A DNA stretch of 64,000 nt from Dehalococcoidia bacterium. Its GTDB lineage: Bacteria; Chloroflexota; Dehalococcoidia; Lucifugimonadales; VXLM01. The translations under genes and the position numbers were made by a program. The stretch covers positions 3,132,507 through 3,196,506 of the forward strand of contig OY759598.1 of the NCBI GenBank assembly GCA_963662435.1, given 5' to 3'. Positions 44,301-52,022 of the stretch are shown piece by piece (within the stretch, counting starts at the first letter, position 1; each line of letters begins with the position of its first letter). The notes beneath the pieces are model-generated. The model did not search any database. It was not told the DNA's origin and worked only from the letters and a program-made list of their open reading frames with translations.

Positions 44301-44546
44301 GGAGTGACCGAGCTGGCCTGCCGACTCGTCTCCCTGCACCTGCGCAGGGGCACGCCGGTGGAGGAGATCATCGACCAGATGCAGGGCATACAAGAAATGC
44401 AGCCCTTCTGGAACACGTTGGGCGACGGGAGGAGCGTTCCCGTCCTGGGGCTCGGCGACGGCATTGCCCACATCCTCAAGGCCCACCTGCGGGCAAGAGA
44501 GGAGCGGGAGGCGGAGCACGAAACGGACATCAGGGCCGCCGCATGA
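41374..44546 (+). CDS. Stand-alone TSCPD/NrdJ C-terminal-like domain protein, intron-split: join(41374..41452,44221..44546), 134 aa
   Basis: Splicing gives CTG T|AC GTC and RPRSLPSTTTKLQTEFGSLYVTVSTDENGEPFEVFGWLGKGG..., matching the class II RNR C-terminal pattern. Exons total 79+326=405 nt, in frame. Confidence 0.85.
41865..42158 (-). CDS. Putative two-TM membrane protein antisense inside intron 1 insert
   Basis: 97-aa ORF fills most of the ~360-nt segment absent from introns 2 and 3. Two hydrophobic helices. Confidence 0.45.
   Translation of the reverse strand: MTAMSPSPIEVLMVSWLADLVFAVLVGSVIGLVRHNRPETTLDNDRDAPWDAEGRWQGRREVTRGSPVGSMLRWIGGIFGLLVLSGVFWTLLYWFWF
42324..44114 (+). CDS. ltrA: Group II intron RT/maturase/HNH endonuclease
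   Basis: GFRP, GDIKGCFDNIDH, GTPQGG and YVRYADDF motifs, domain X, and CEMC...HH...CRTCH. Confidence 0.96.
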   Translation: MQQAETVLNVIRERGERGLPLENIYRLLYNRNLYLRAYGRIYSNQGATTEGITAETMDGMSLAKIDRIIEALRYERFRWTPVRRVNIPKPNGKTRALGIPTGPDKLLQEVIRMILEAYYEPQFSDRSHGFRPDRGCHTALSEVANTWKGTRWFVEGDIKGCFDNIDHDVLLSVLGEKLHDNRFLRLLKYLLKAGYVEEWKHGRTLSGTPQGGIVSPILANVYLDRLDKFVENMLTPAHTRGQARRRNPAWAALNGQAWYHAKQGHRTKALALRKQMQQLPSGDPYDPGYRRLRYVRYADDFVLGFTGPKAEAEQIKESLETFLSHSLKLELSKEKTLITHATSQAAKFLGYELVNQQANDQFDHRGQRSVNGQIGLRVPAKVIEQHCQAYMKNGKPMHRNVLIHDEDYSIVDRYQSEFRGVVEYYRLAVNVSHFGRLQWVMSQSLAKTLAAKHKTTCRKIIRRYKSTVQTEHGARVCLKVVKEQGNGKRPRVTQFGGIPLKRNRQAVLVDRQPQRYRFNRNELIKRLEADECEMCGSMEDIQVHHIRALRDLNVKGQREKPKWVQIMAARKRITLVVCRTCHTNIHHGRSNPQKQT

Positions 44547-44631
44547 ACGGCCCACACAACGGCATCGAATGGGGCTGTCTCCTCAGGGGGGCGGCCCCTT
44601 CCCTCATCTACAGGACTCAGGAGGTGACGAC

Positions 44632-45738
44632 ATGACGACAGAGACGATTGACAGGGCGGAGGTCTTCTCCCGCCCTGCTGCAAGGTTCGACGGCGACGGC
44701 AACATGGAGGTGCGGGCGTCGTCGGCCACCGGCTGCCGCCGCGCCCTCTGGTACGCAGCGACCGGCTACGAACCCACGAATCCCCCCAGCGACGAGTCGC
44801 TGACGGCGATGGAGGCGGGCAACGCCCTGGAGCCGGTGGTGGTCCGGGCGATGGAGCGGGCGGGCTGGAAGGTGGACGCCCCCGATCCACAGGACCCGAA
44901 ACAGGTGGCCGTGAGGGTCGGCCCGAACATGCTGGTCACGGGCCACCCGGACGGCATGGTACGGATGCCGCTATCGGAGGGCGAGGCGGCCGCGCCGCAG
45001 GTGTTCCTCTTCGAGGGGGAGCCGGAGACTCCCGCCCACGGCGACCCGATGGTCGTCGAGATCAAGACGCGGGGGCCGGAGGCGTTCAAGCGCTGGCAGA
45101 CGCTCGGAGCCGAGCGCAGCCACCCCGGAGCGGCGGCCCAGGCCGCCCTCTACACCCTCGGCGAATTCGGCGAGATGCGGGATGCCATGATCGCCACGAT
45201 GGACACGGGCAACCGCACCTGGGACTGGGAGCGGATACCCGCCGACCGCTTGGAGCGGGCCTTGCAGGACACCTGCGAATGGCTCGGCGATCTGGGCGCG
45301 CACCACGTCCAGAACGGGCCTGACCCCGACGCGCTGCCCGAGCGGGACTTTTCCGCCAACTCATGGCAGTGCCGTTCCTGCCCCTTCCTCACCGTCTGCC
45401 TACCGGGTACCGCGGCCGAGGACGGGACGGACGAAGTTACGGAGATCGAAGGAAAGGAGGTAACGGACGAGGAGGCGCGGGACGCTGTGGCGGCCTACGC
45501 CGAGGCCCAGGAGTCCATCAGGGAGCCTGAGAAGGCCAAGCGCACGGCGCTGGACACGCTGAAGGCGTGGATGCGCCGCCAGGGGGACTCCAAGGCGACG
45601 GTCGGGGGCCGGACGGTCACGCTGGTCAACTCGACAAGGTATTCGGTCAACCACCGCAGGCTCAACGAGGCGCTCGACCCTGAGACCAGGACCGAGATCG
45701 TGACGGAGAGCGAGTCGGAGTACGTCAGGGTCAGCTAG
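44632..45738 (+). CDS. PD-(D/E)XK nuclease (Cas4/YqaJ-like)
   Basis: GCRRALWY, GHPDG, VEIKT, Q..LY and CRSCPF..VC. AGGAGGT RBS. Confidence 0.75.
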   Translation: MTTETIDRAEVFSRPAARFDGDGNMEVRASSATGCRRALWYAATGYEPTNPPSDESLTAMEAGNALEPVVVRAMERAGWKVDAPDPQDPKQVAVRVGPNMLVTGHPDGMVRMPLSEGEAAAPQVFLFEGEPETPAHGDPMVVEIKTRGPEAFKRWQTLGAERSHPGAAAQAALYTLGEFGEMRDAMIATMDTGNRTWDWERIPADRLERALQDTCEWLGDLGAHHVQNGPDPDALPERDFSANSWQCRSCPFLTVCLPGTAAEDGTDEVTEIEGKEVTDEEARDAVAAYAEAQESIREPEKAKRTALDTLKAWMRRQGDSKATVGGRTVTLVNSTRYSVNHRRLNEALDPETRTEIVTESESEYVRVS

Positions 45739-45855
45739 ACGCTTCCTCATTGGAGCGCATTACGGGGCCGTCTTCCCACCTACGGGAACGGCCCCGCATT
45801 CATTCAAAACGGGCGCGGAGACACCGCGCTACATCACACACAAAGGAGAAACGAA

Positions 45856-46218
45856 ATGTCACGCACCATCAACAAGGTAACGCTTCTGGGCAGAGTGGGA
45901 ACCGATCCGGAGATGCAGTACACGCAGGGAGGCACCGCCCTCACCAAGCTGCGGCTGGCGACCGACCGCCACCGCTCCAACGGGGACTCGGAGGCCGATT
46001 GGCACAACGTGGTCTGCTGGGACAAGCTGGCCGAGGCCGTCAACAACTACGTCGGCAAGGGCCAGCGCATCTACGTCGAGGGCCGTCTCGTCCAGAACTC
46101 GTGGGAAGGCGACGACGGCCAGCGCCGCCACCGCACCGAGATCCACGCCTCCGAGGTCTTGTTCCTCGACGGCGGGAACGGCAACGGCGTCCAGGCGGAG
46201 GACGACTCCCCCTTCTAG
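45856..46218 (+). CDS. ssb: Single-stranded DNA-binding protein
   Basis: NKVTLLGRVGTDPE, WHNVVCW, KGQRIYVEGRL and acidic tail DDSPF. Confidence 0.95.
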   Translation: MSRTINKVTLLGRVGTDPEMQYTQGGTALTKLRLATDRHRSNGDSEADWHNVVCWDKLAEAVNNYVGKGQRIYVEGRLVQNSWEGDDGQRRHRTEIHASEVLFLDGGNGNGVQAEDDSPF

Positions 46219-46334
46219 CCCGCCGCTCCTACAACCGCATACCGACGCCTCCCCGAAGGCGCACCACGGGGCCGCTTCCAATCTACAGGGAGCGGTCCCG
46301 TATCTGTACTAACCGATAGATGAGGAGGCTGAAG

Positions 46335-46892
46335 ATGACTACCGCCACAGCACAACAAGCCGACATCCCCTCGACAAGCTCCCAGCTTTCCCTCTTCCAG
46401 AGCGAGGGGCAGGCTCTACTCGACGCGCTGCGCAGCAACCTGCACCTGCTGGGCGAGATCGCCATGCGCTACGCCGTGGAGACCCAGCCGGAGCGCTCCG
46501 GGGACGACCTGCCCTCCATCGGCTGCCCCGAGGACGTGCGACGTCTGCTGGGGCCGGAGATGGCCCCGCTAGCCCAGGAGCAGCTCCGGGTGCTGCTGCT
46601 GAACATCAAGAAAGTGGTGGTCGGCCAGCGCGTCGTCTACCAGGGGAATGTGAACTCCTCGATGGTCCGGCCCGCCGAGGTGCTGCGTCCTGCTGTCGTC
46701 GAGGCCGTCCCCAGCATCATCGTCAGCCACAATCACCCGTCCGGCGACCCCACTCCCAGCCCGGATGACGCGGCCTGTACCAGGGCGCTGTCCCAGGCCG
46801 CCAAGCTGCTGGGCGTCGAGCTCCTCGACCACATCGTCATCGGAGGGGACCGCTTCGTCAGCCTCAAGGAGCGGGGTCTCATACCCGCCTAG
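46335..46892 (+). CDS. radC: RadC-like JAB domain protein
   Basis: QEQLRVLLL, HNHPSGDPTPSPDD and LLDHIVIG motifs. Confidence 0.9.
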   Translation: MTTATAQQADIPSTSSQLSLFQSEGQALLDALRSNLHLLGEIAMRYAVETQPERSGDDLPSIGCPEDVRRLLGPEMAPLAQEQLRVLLLNIKKVVVGQRVVYQGNVNSSMVRPAEVLRPAVVEAVPSIIVSHNHPSGDPTPSPDDAACTRALSQAAKLLGVELLDHIVIGGDRFVSLKERGLIPA

Positions 46893-46991
46893 AGGCCCCC
46901 TGAAGACCGGGCGGGCGCACGCCGTCCGGCCCCTCACGCGGGGACACTCTCTCCGCGCATCGAATCAACCCCTAAGACAAGGAGGTTCGCA

Positions 46992-47618
46992 ATGCTCGCG
47001 ACCCACACCATAGACCCCGAAGACCTGTTCACCATCAGCGCGGGCGGCTACTCGGCCACCGTGGACGCTTTCGCCAGGGACGACCGCACCGAGGGCCTCT
47101 GGTTCGTCTCGATGGTCGGCTCCCAGACGGCGCTCAAGGCGATCTGGGCGTCGCTGCTGAAGCAGCCCCCCGACACCGCCCACCTCATCAGGGGTGCGGA
47201 CGGCATGGCGCTCAGCGGCGGCTACCAGCGATGCGTCATTCCATACGAGACCATCGGCAGCTGGACCACCAAGATCGCCAGGCTGCCTGTGTCCGGGGGA
47301 TGGCACGCCCTCGTCTACACGAAGCAGGCGGAGTTCGGGTTCGAGAAGGACTCCTTCCTCCTGCTGGCGCAGTCGGCGGAGGAGGCCCCGGCGCTCCACC
47401 ACCGCTTCCTCGACAAGCGCAGCCCGCTCCCCCTGCACGGCTCCTGGGCCGGATGGCTCTGGGAGCGGGGCATCGAGGAGGAGGAGATCGTCCCCCTCCA
47501 ATCGGTCGGGGTTTCCGGCTACCGTTGCTCCCCCAAGGCCCAGAAGCTCAGGGAAGACCTCTCCGACGCGGTGGCGTCGGGCAGGCTCACGCTGCCCAGG
47601 GAGGCGTCCGATGGATAG
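46992..47618 (+). CDS. Hypothetical protein
   Basis: AAGGAGGT RBS, 208 aa, coupled to the next ORF. Confidence 0.7.
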   Translation: MLATHTIDPEDLFTISAGGYSATVDAFARDDRTEGLWFVSMVGSQTALKAIWASLLKQPPDTAHLIRGADGMALSGGYQRCVIPYETIGSWTTKIARLPVSGGWHALVYTKQAEFGFEKDSFLLLAQSAEEAPALHHRFLDKRSPLPLHGSWAGWLWERGIEEEEIVPLQSVGVSGYRCSPKAQKLREDLSDAVASGRLTLPREASDG

Positions 47619-48018
47619 GACGCTGAAGCGGGCCAAGCGCCGGAACAAGAAGCGCATCCGGCGCAACAGCGGGGCCTGGGAGCGGTTTTGTCCCGATGGC
47701 GTCCACTGCCGCTACTGCTCCCACGACGGCTCCCAGCACCTCATCAGCTCGGGACAGCCGCATTTCTTCCGTCCAGCGACCGAGCAGGAGCGGAGGGACC
47801 CCTACCTCACGCTCTACCGGCACAACCCGCCGGAGGGAGGCTCGGTCCTGGTGCGCCGGATGACCGTCACCAACCGCGCCGAGATCGTCACCGCCTACTG
47901 CACCGTCTGCGCCGAGACCATCAGCACGGCCCAGGCGCTCTGCTTCCAGCGGAACCTGGCAATCGGTGAAGTGGTCGGAGTCAAGAATGCCGACACGAAC
48001 ATTGGAATCGCCGCCTAG
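47611..48018 (+). CDS. Hypothetical Cys/His-rich protein
   Basis: GGAGG RBS. CRYC.H...H and CTVC motifs. Confidence 0.55.
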   Translation: MDRTLKRAKRRNKKRIRRNSGAWERFCPDGVHCRYCSHDGSQHLISSGQPHFFRPATEQERRDPYLTLYRHNPPEGGSVLVRRMTVTNRAEIVTAYCTVCAETISTAQALCFQRNLAIGEVVGVKNADTNIGIAA

Positions 48019-48042
48019 AGGCGGCGGGAAAGGAGAGACGAC

Positions 48043-49134
48043 ATGAGACTGGCTGCACAGGCGAAAGGCGGCTTCTATCCCACGCCCGACAGGGTGGTGG
48101 ACCTGATAGCCGACCTGATTCGCACCCCAAACGGCTACTACTACCGGAAACTGGAGACCCTGCGCATCCTCGACCCCTGCTGCGGGGCCGGGGAGGCGCT
48201 CTACCGGCTTGCCGAGGGCCTCAACCGGCCCAACGCAGTCTCCATCGAGACCTTCGGCGTCGAGCTGCACCGCGACCGTGCGGAGGAGGCCGAGCGGCGA
48301 CTCGACCGCGCCCTGGCCTCGGACCTGTTCGCCACGTCGATTGCGAACGGGGCCTTCGGCCTGCTCCTCTTGAACCCGCCCTACGATTACGACTCGGAGG
48401 ACAAGCGGACGGAGCACGCCTTCCTGACGCAGACGACGCGCTACCTGGCCGAGGAGGGCCTGCTAGTCTTCATCGTTCCCCGGCAGCGCCTCGCGGTCTC
48501 GGCCCGCTACCTGTCCACCCACTACGGGCAGATGCGGTGCTGGGCCTTTCCCGACCCGGAGCGTGAGGCATTCGACCAGGTGGTGCTCTTCGGCCACCGG
48601 AAGGCCGACCCCGTTCCCGACGCCATCGCCGAGAGCATGGTGCTGGAGTGGGCGCACGGGGAGCCGTCCCCGCTGCGCTCCCAGCCCTACCCGGAGTTCA
48701 CCCCGGCCACCGCGCCCAGCGGGGACGTGCTGTTCGCCACCCGCACGGTCGATCCCGTCGCGGCGGCTGTGGAGGCTCGCCGGACGGGGCTGTGGGCCAA
48801 CACGGAGATCACCGACACCCTCTGGCCCGCGAAGGACAGCCGCACCCGGCCCCTGATGCCCCTGAGACGGGGGCACATGGCGATGCTGGTTGCGGCGGGC
48901 TTCCTCGACAACCTCGTCCTCGAAGCCGAGGGACGGCGCATCCTGGTCAAGGGGCGCACCGGCAAGCAGATGACCCTCGTGGAGGACTCCCCGCAGAAGG
49001 AGGTCCACCGGGAGCGGCTGGTGACGACCGTGGTGGCCCTCGACCTCGACGGCGGCCACATCGAGGACATCGAGTCCTCGGACGGCTCGCAGGCGGACGA
49101 GCCATCGGAGCAAGCCGAGACAGCCCACGTATAG
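48043..49134 (+). CDS. Class I SAM-dependent amino (N6-A/N4-C type) DNA methyltransferase
   Basis: GFYPTP, LDPCCGAG, GVEL and LNPPY motifs. Confidence 0.85.
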   Translation: MRLAAQAKGGFYPTPDRVVDLIADLIRTPNGYYYRKLETLRILDPCCGAGEALYRLAEGLNRPNAVSIETFGVELHRDRAEEAERRLDRALASDLFATSIANGAFGLLLLNPPYDYDSEDKRTEHAFLTQTTRYLAEEGLLVFIVPRQRLAVSARYLSTHYGQMRCWAFPDPEREAFDQVVLFGHRKADPVPDAIAESMVLEWAHGEPSPLRSQPYPEFTPATAPSGDVLFATRTVDPVAAAVEARRTGLWANTEITDTLWPAKDSRTRPLMPLRRGHMAMLVAAGFLDNLVLEAEGRRILVKGRTGKQMTLVEDSPQKEVHRERLVTTVVALDLDGGHIEDIESSDGSQADEPSEQAETAHV

Positions 49135-49144
49135 AGAAAGGAAG

Positions 49145-49375
49145 GTGAGAAGGATGCAGACAACGATGCCCCTCGAAACCTGCTGCCGGTGCGGACAGCC
49201 CATCGCTCCCGGCGAACCCTACATGCAGAGCGCGTCGGTGGACATCGACGACTACGGAAGGGCGGTGTCCTCCCCCGTGAAGGCGTACCACCTGAGCGGC
49301 AGGTGCTACGAGGACCACCGGCGCAGGGAGCGCGCCGAGCTTGACGCTCTCAGGGCCTCCCTGAAGGCCGCTTAG
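49145..49375 (+). CDS. Small hypothetical protein with CxxC
   Basis: CCRCGQPI...H...C. Follows the methylase with an RBS. Confidence 0.5.
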   Translation: MRRMQTTMPLETCCRCGQPIAPGEPYMQSASVDIDDYGRAVSSPVKAYHLSGRCYEDHRRRERAELDALRASLKAA

Positions 49376-49548
49376 ACGGCTCAACCGGAGCCGCACCACG
49401 AGACCCCGCCTCCGGCGCGGCTCGCACGTTCAACAACCTCTTGGGGACGCTTCCAGGCACCCGGCGCAGAGGCGTCCCCCTCCGGGGGCGCAGTGCGTCT
49501 CGGGTCCCGGCGTCCCTTTCAGAAGCAACAAGGAAAGGAGACACCGAC

Positions 49549-51924
49549 ATGAACCTGGCAGGATTCATCGACACGTTCAAGGACGCCATCGCCGGGAGGG
49601 TGGTGGAGTCCTACCCGCCGCTCTACCGGCCCTCGGAGAACGGCGGCAAGATCCCGCACCTGCTCCGCAGGCCCCTGGGGGCGCAGGCCGACGCCATCAG
49701 GGGCGCGGCCCTCTCCCTCAAGGCCCACCGGGGCACGACGGTCGTGGGGGAGATGGGCACGGGAAAGACCTTCATCGGGGCCGCCGCCGCGTACATGGCG
49801 GGCTTCCGGAGGGTGCTCATCATCTGCCCGCCGCACCTGACGAAGAAGTGGAAGCGGGAGGTGGAGCAGACGGTGCCCGGCGCCCGCGCCGCCATCGTCA
49901 CGTCCATCACCGACCTGGACCGGCTGCGCCTCTCCATCGGGTCGGGGCCGTTGTTCGCGGTGATGAGCCGGGAGCGGGCGAAGCTCTCCTACCGCTGGAA
50001 GGCCGCCGTCACGTACAGGTGGGCCACGTCCAAGGGGAGGCTCATCCGGCTGGAGGAGACGGGGGAGCCCTTCCGGGTCCCCTGCTGCGTCGACTGCACC
50101 GCGCAGGTCACCGACAAGGACGGGGTGCCCCTCACCGACGCCGTGCTGAACCGCCGCAAGCACACCTGCGAGGTGTGCGGCTCTCCCCTCTGGCAGGCGG
50201 ACAAGTCCGGCCCGGCCCGCTACCCGCTCAGCGACTACGTGAAGCACCACATGAAGGGCTTCTTCGACCTACTCATAGGCGATGAGGTCCACGAGTTCAA
50301 GGCCCGCGGCTCGGCCCAGGGCATCGCAGCCGGCGTCCTCGCCGACGCCTGCGGCAAGTCCCTCAGCCTAACCGGTACCCTCCTCGGCGGCTACGCCTCG
50401 ACCATCTTCCATCTCCTCTACCGGTTCAGCCCGGAGATTCGCACGGAGTTCGGGCGTTCGGACGAGGGGCGCTGGATCAAGCGGTACGGCTTCGAGGAGC
50501 ACTCCATTGGCAAGGACGATGACGGCGCGCTGGAGGACGGGCGCAACAGCCGCCGCCGCAGCTACCGCAAGGTGGTCAGGGAGAGGCCGGGACTGGTGCC
50601 GTCGGCCCTCTTCCACATCATCGGCAACACCGTCTTCCTGCGTCTCTCCGACGTGGCCTCGGGGCTGCCCGACTACGACGAGCAGATCCTCCTGTCCTCG
50701 ATGGACTCGGAGGAGGACGGCACGGGCTACTCCCAGCGCAGCGCCTACAAGCGCGTGTTCGAGACGCTGAAGGAGGAGCTGGCGAAGGCGCTGAAGTCCG
50801 GCTCCAAGAGGCTTCTGGCTACGTACTTGCAGACGTTGTTGGCCTACCCGGACGGCTGCACAAGGGGGGAGTCGGTCTTCGACCCCCGGTCGGGTGACCT
50901 CATCGTACAGGTGCCGCCGCTGTCGGAAGACAGGCTCTACCCGAAGGAGAAAGCCCTCGTCGACCTGGTTGCCGCCGAGCGGCTGGCCGGGCGCAGGGTG
51001 CTGGTGTACGTGACCCACACGGGGACGCGGGACATCACCGGGCGGATGGACGACATCCTGACCCGGCACGGGTTCAGGGTGGCGGTGATGAAGGCCGATG
51101 CGGTCGCTCCCGACAAGCGGGAGGCGTGGGTGGCCGACCGGGTGAAGAAGGGGCTGGACGTGCTCATCTGTCATCCCAGGCTGGTGCAGACGGGCCTCGA
51201 CCTCATCGACTTCCCGACGATCTGCTGGTACGAGACCGACTACTCGGTCTACGTCATGCGGCAGGCGTCGCGGCGGTCGTGGCGCATCGGGCAGACCCGT
51301 CCGGTCAAGGTGGTGTTCATGTCCTACCGGAACACCCTCCAGGCCGACGCCCTGAAGCTGGTGGCGAAGAAGCTGCAAAGCTCCCTCGCCGTCGAGGGTG
51401 AGCTGCCGGAGGACGGGCTGGCCGCCTACGGAGACGACGGGGACGACCTGATCATGGCCCTGGCCCGCAAGATCGTCAACGGCGACGAGGAGGACGAGGC
51501 CGAGACGGTGGAGCAGGTCTTCGCCCAGGCCAGGGACGCCGAAGCGAGCGCCGAGGAGCTTCTCGTGGACGACGGCTGGAAGGCCGTCGAGATCGAGCCG
51601 GAGAGCGTAGCGGTCAACGGGAACGGGAACGGACACCACGCCAACGGGCACGACGACCTGTTCGGAGTCGGGCCGACGGTCGAGCTTGTCCCCAGCAACG
51701 GTCACGGCAACGGGAACGGCCATGCGCCAGCCCCGGTCAACGGCAACGGCCACCACGACGAGGAACCGGAGCAGCAGCAATCGCTGTTCTCCTGGGCCGA
51801 GTTTATGGCGGAGCCGGTCAAACCGAAGCGCCGCAACGGGAAGCCCCAGGCGGCCTCCATGTCCATGTTCGAGTGGGCGATGGAGCAGGAACGGGAGAAG
51901 GAGACGGTCGGCGCTGGACGCTAG
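49549..51924 (+). CDS. SNF2-like SF2 helicase with Zn-ribbon insertion
   Basis: GEMGTGKT, DEVHE, LTGT, VQTGLDL and RRSWRIGQ motifs. GAAAGGAG RBS. Confidence 0.88.
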   Translation: MNLAGFIDTFKDAIAGRVVESYPPLYRPSENGGKIPHLLRRPLGAQADAIRGAALSLKAHRGTTVVGEMGTGKTFIGAAAAYMAGFRRVLIICPPHLTKKWKREVEQTVPGARAAIVTSITDLDRLRLSIGSGPLFAVMSRERAKLSYRWKAAVTYRWATSKGRLIRLEETGEPFRVPCCVDCTAQVTDKDGVPLTDAVLNRRKHTCEVCGSPLWQADKSGPARYPLSDYVKHHMKGFFDLLIGDEVHEFKARGSAQGIAAGVLADACGKSLSLTGTLLGGYASTIFHLLYRFSPEIRTEFGRSDEGRWIKRYGFEEHSIGKDDDGALEDGRNSRRRSYRKVVRERPGLVPSALFHIIGNTVFLRLSDVASGLPDYDEQILLSSMDSEEDGTGYSQRSAYKRVFETLKEELAKALKSGSKRLLATYLQTLLAYPDGCTRGESVFDPRSGDLIVQVPPLSEDRLYPKEKALVDLVAAERLAGRRVLVYVTHTGTRDITGRMDDILTRHGFRVAVMKADAVAPDKREAWVADRVKKGLDVLICHPRLVQTGLDLIDFPTICWYETDYSVYVMRQASRRSWRIGQTRPVKVVFMSYRNTLQADALKLVAKKLQSSLAVEGELPEDGLAAYGDDGDDLIMALARKIVNGDEEDEAETVEQVFAQARDAEASAEELLVDDGWKAVEIEPESVAVNGNGNGHHANGHDDLFGVGPTVELVPSNGHGNGNGHAPAPVNGNGHHDEEPEQQQSLFSWAEFMAEPVKPKRRNGKPQAASMSMFEWAMEQEREKETVGAGR

Positions 51925-52022
51925 ACCGCAATTCACGGGAAGAGGCCGCCGCGCCGTTGGCGGCGTCCCTCACCGCACACGGCAACGCAACAACAGCACG
52001 AGTCAAGAAAGGAGACCAACCA

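Noticed and set aside
44136..44546. ORF-track proteins starting inside intron DV (44136 and 54374)
   Set aside because: Their N-termini are translations of DV/DVI RNA. The real N-termini are the 5' exons.
44632..45738. Cas4-like nuclease as evidence of CRISPR-Cas
   Set aside because: It is a solo PD-(D/E)XK gene among recombination genes, with no array or other cas genes.
48043..51924. Methylase + helicase as a restriction-modification, DISARM or BREX system
   Set aside because: No nuclease or partner genes were recognised, and this pair is typical ICE backbone. A defence role cannot be supported from the sequence.
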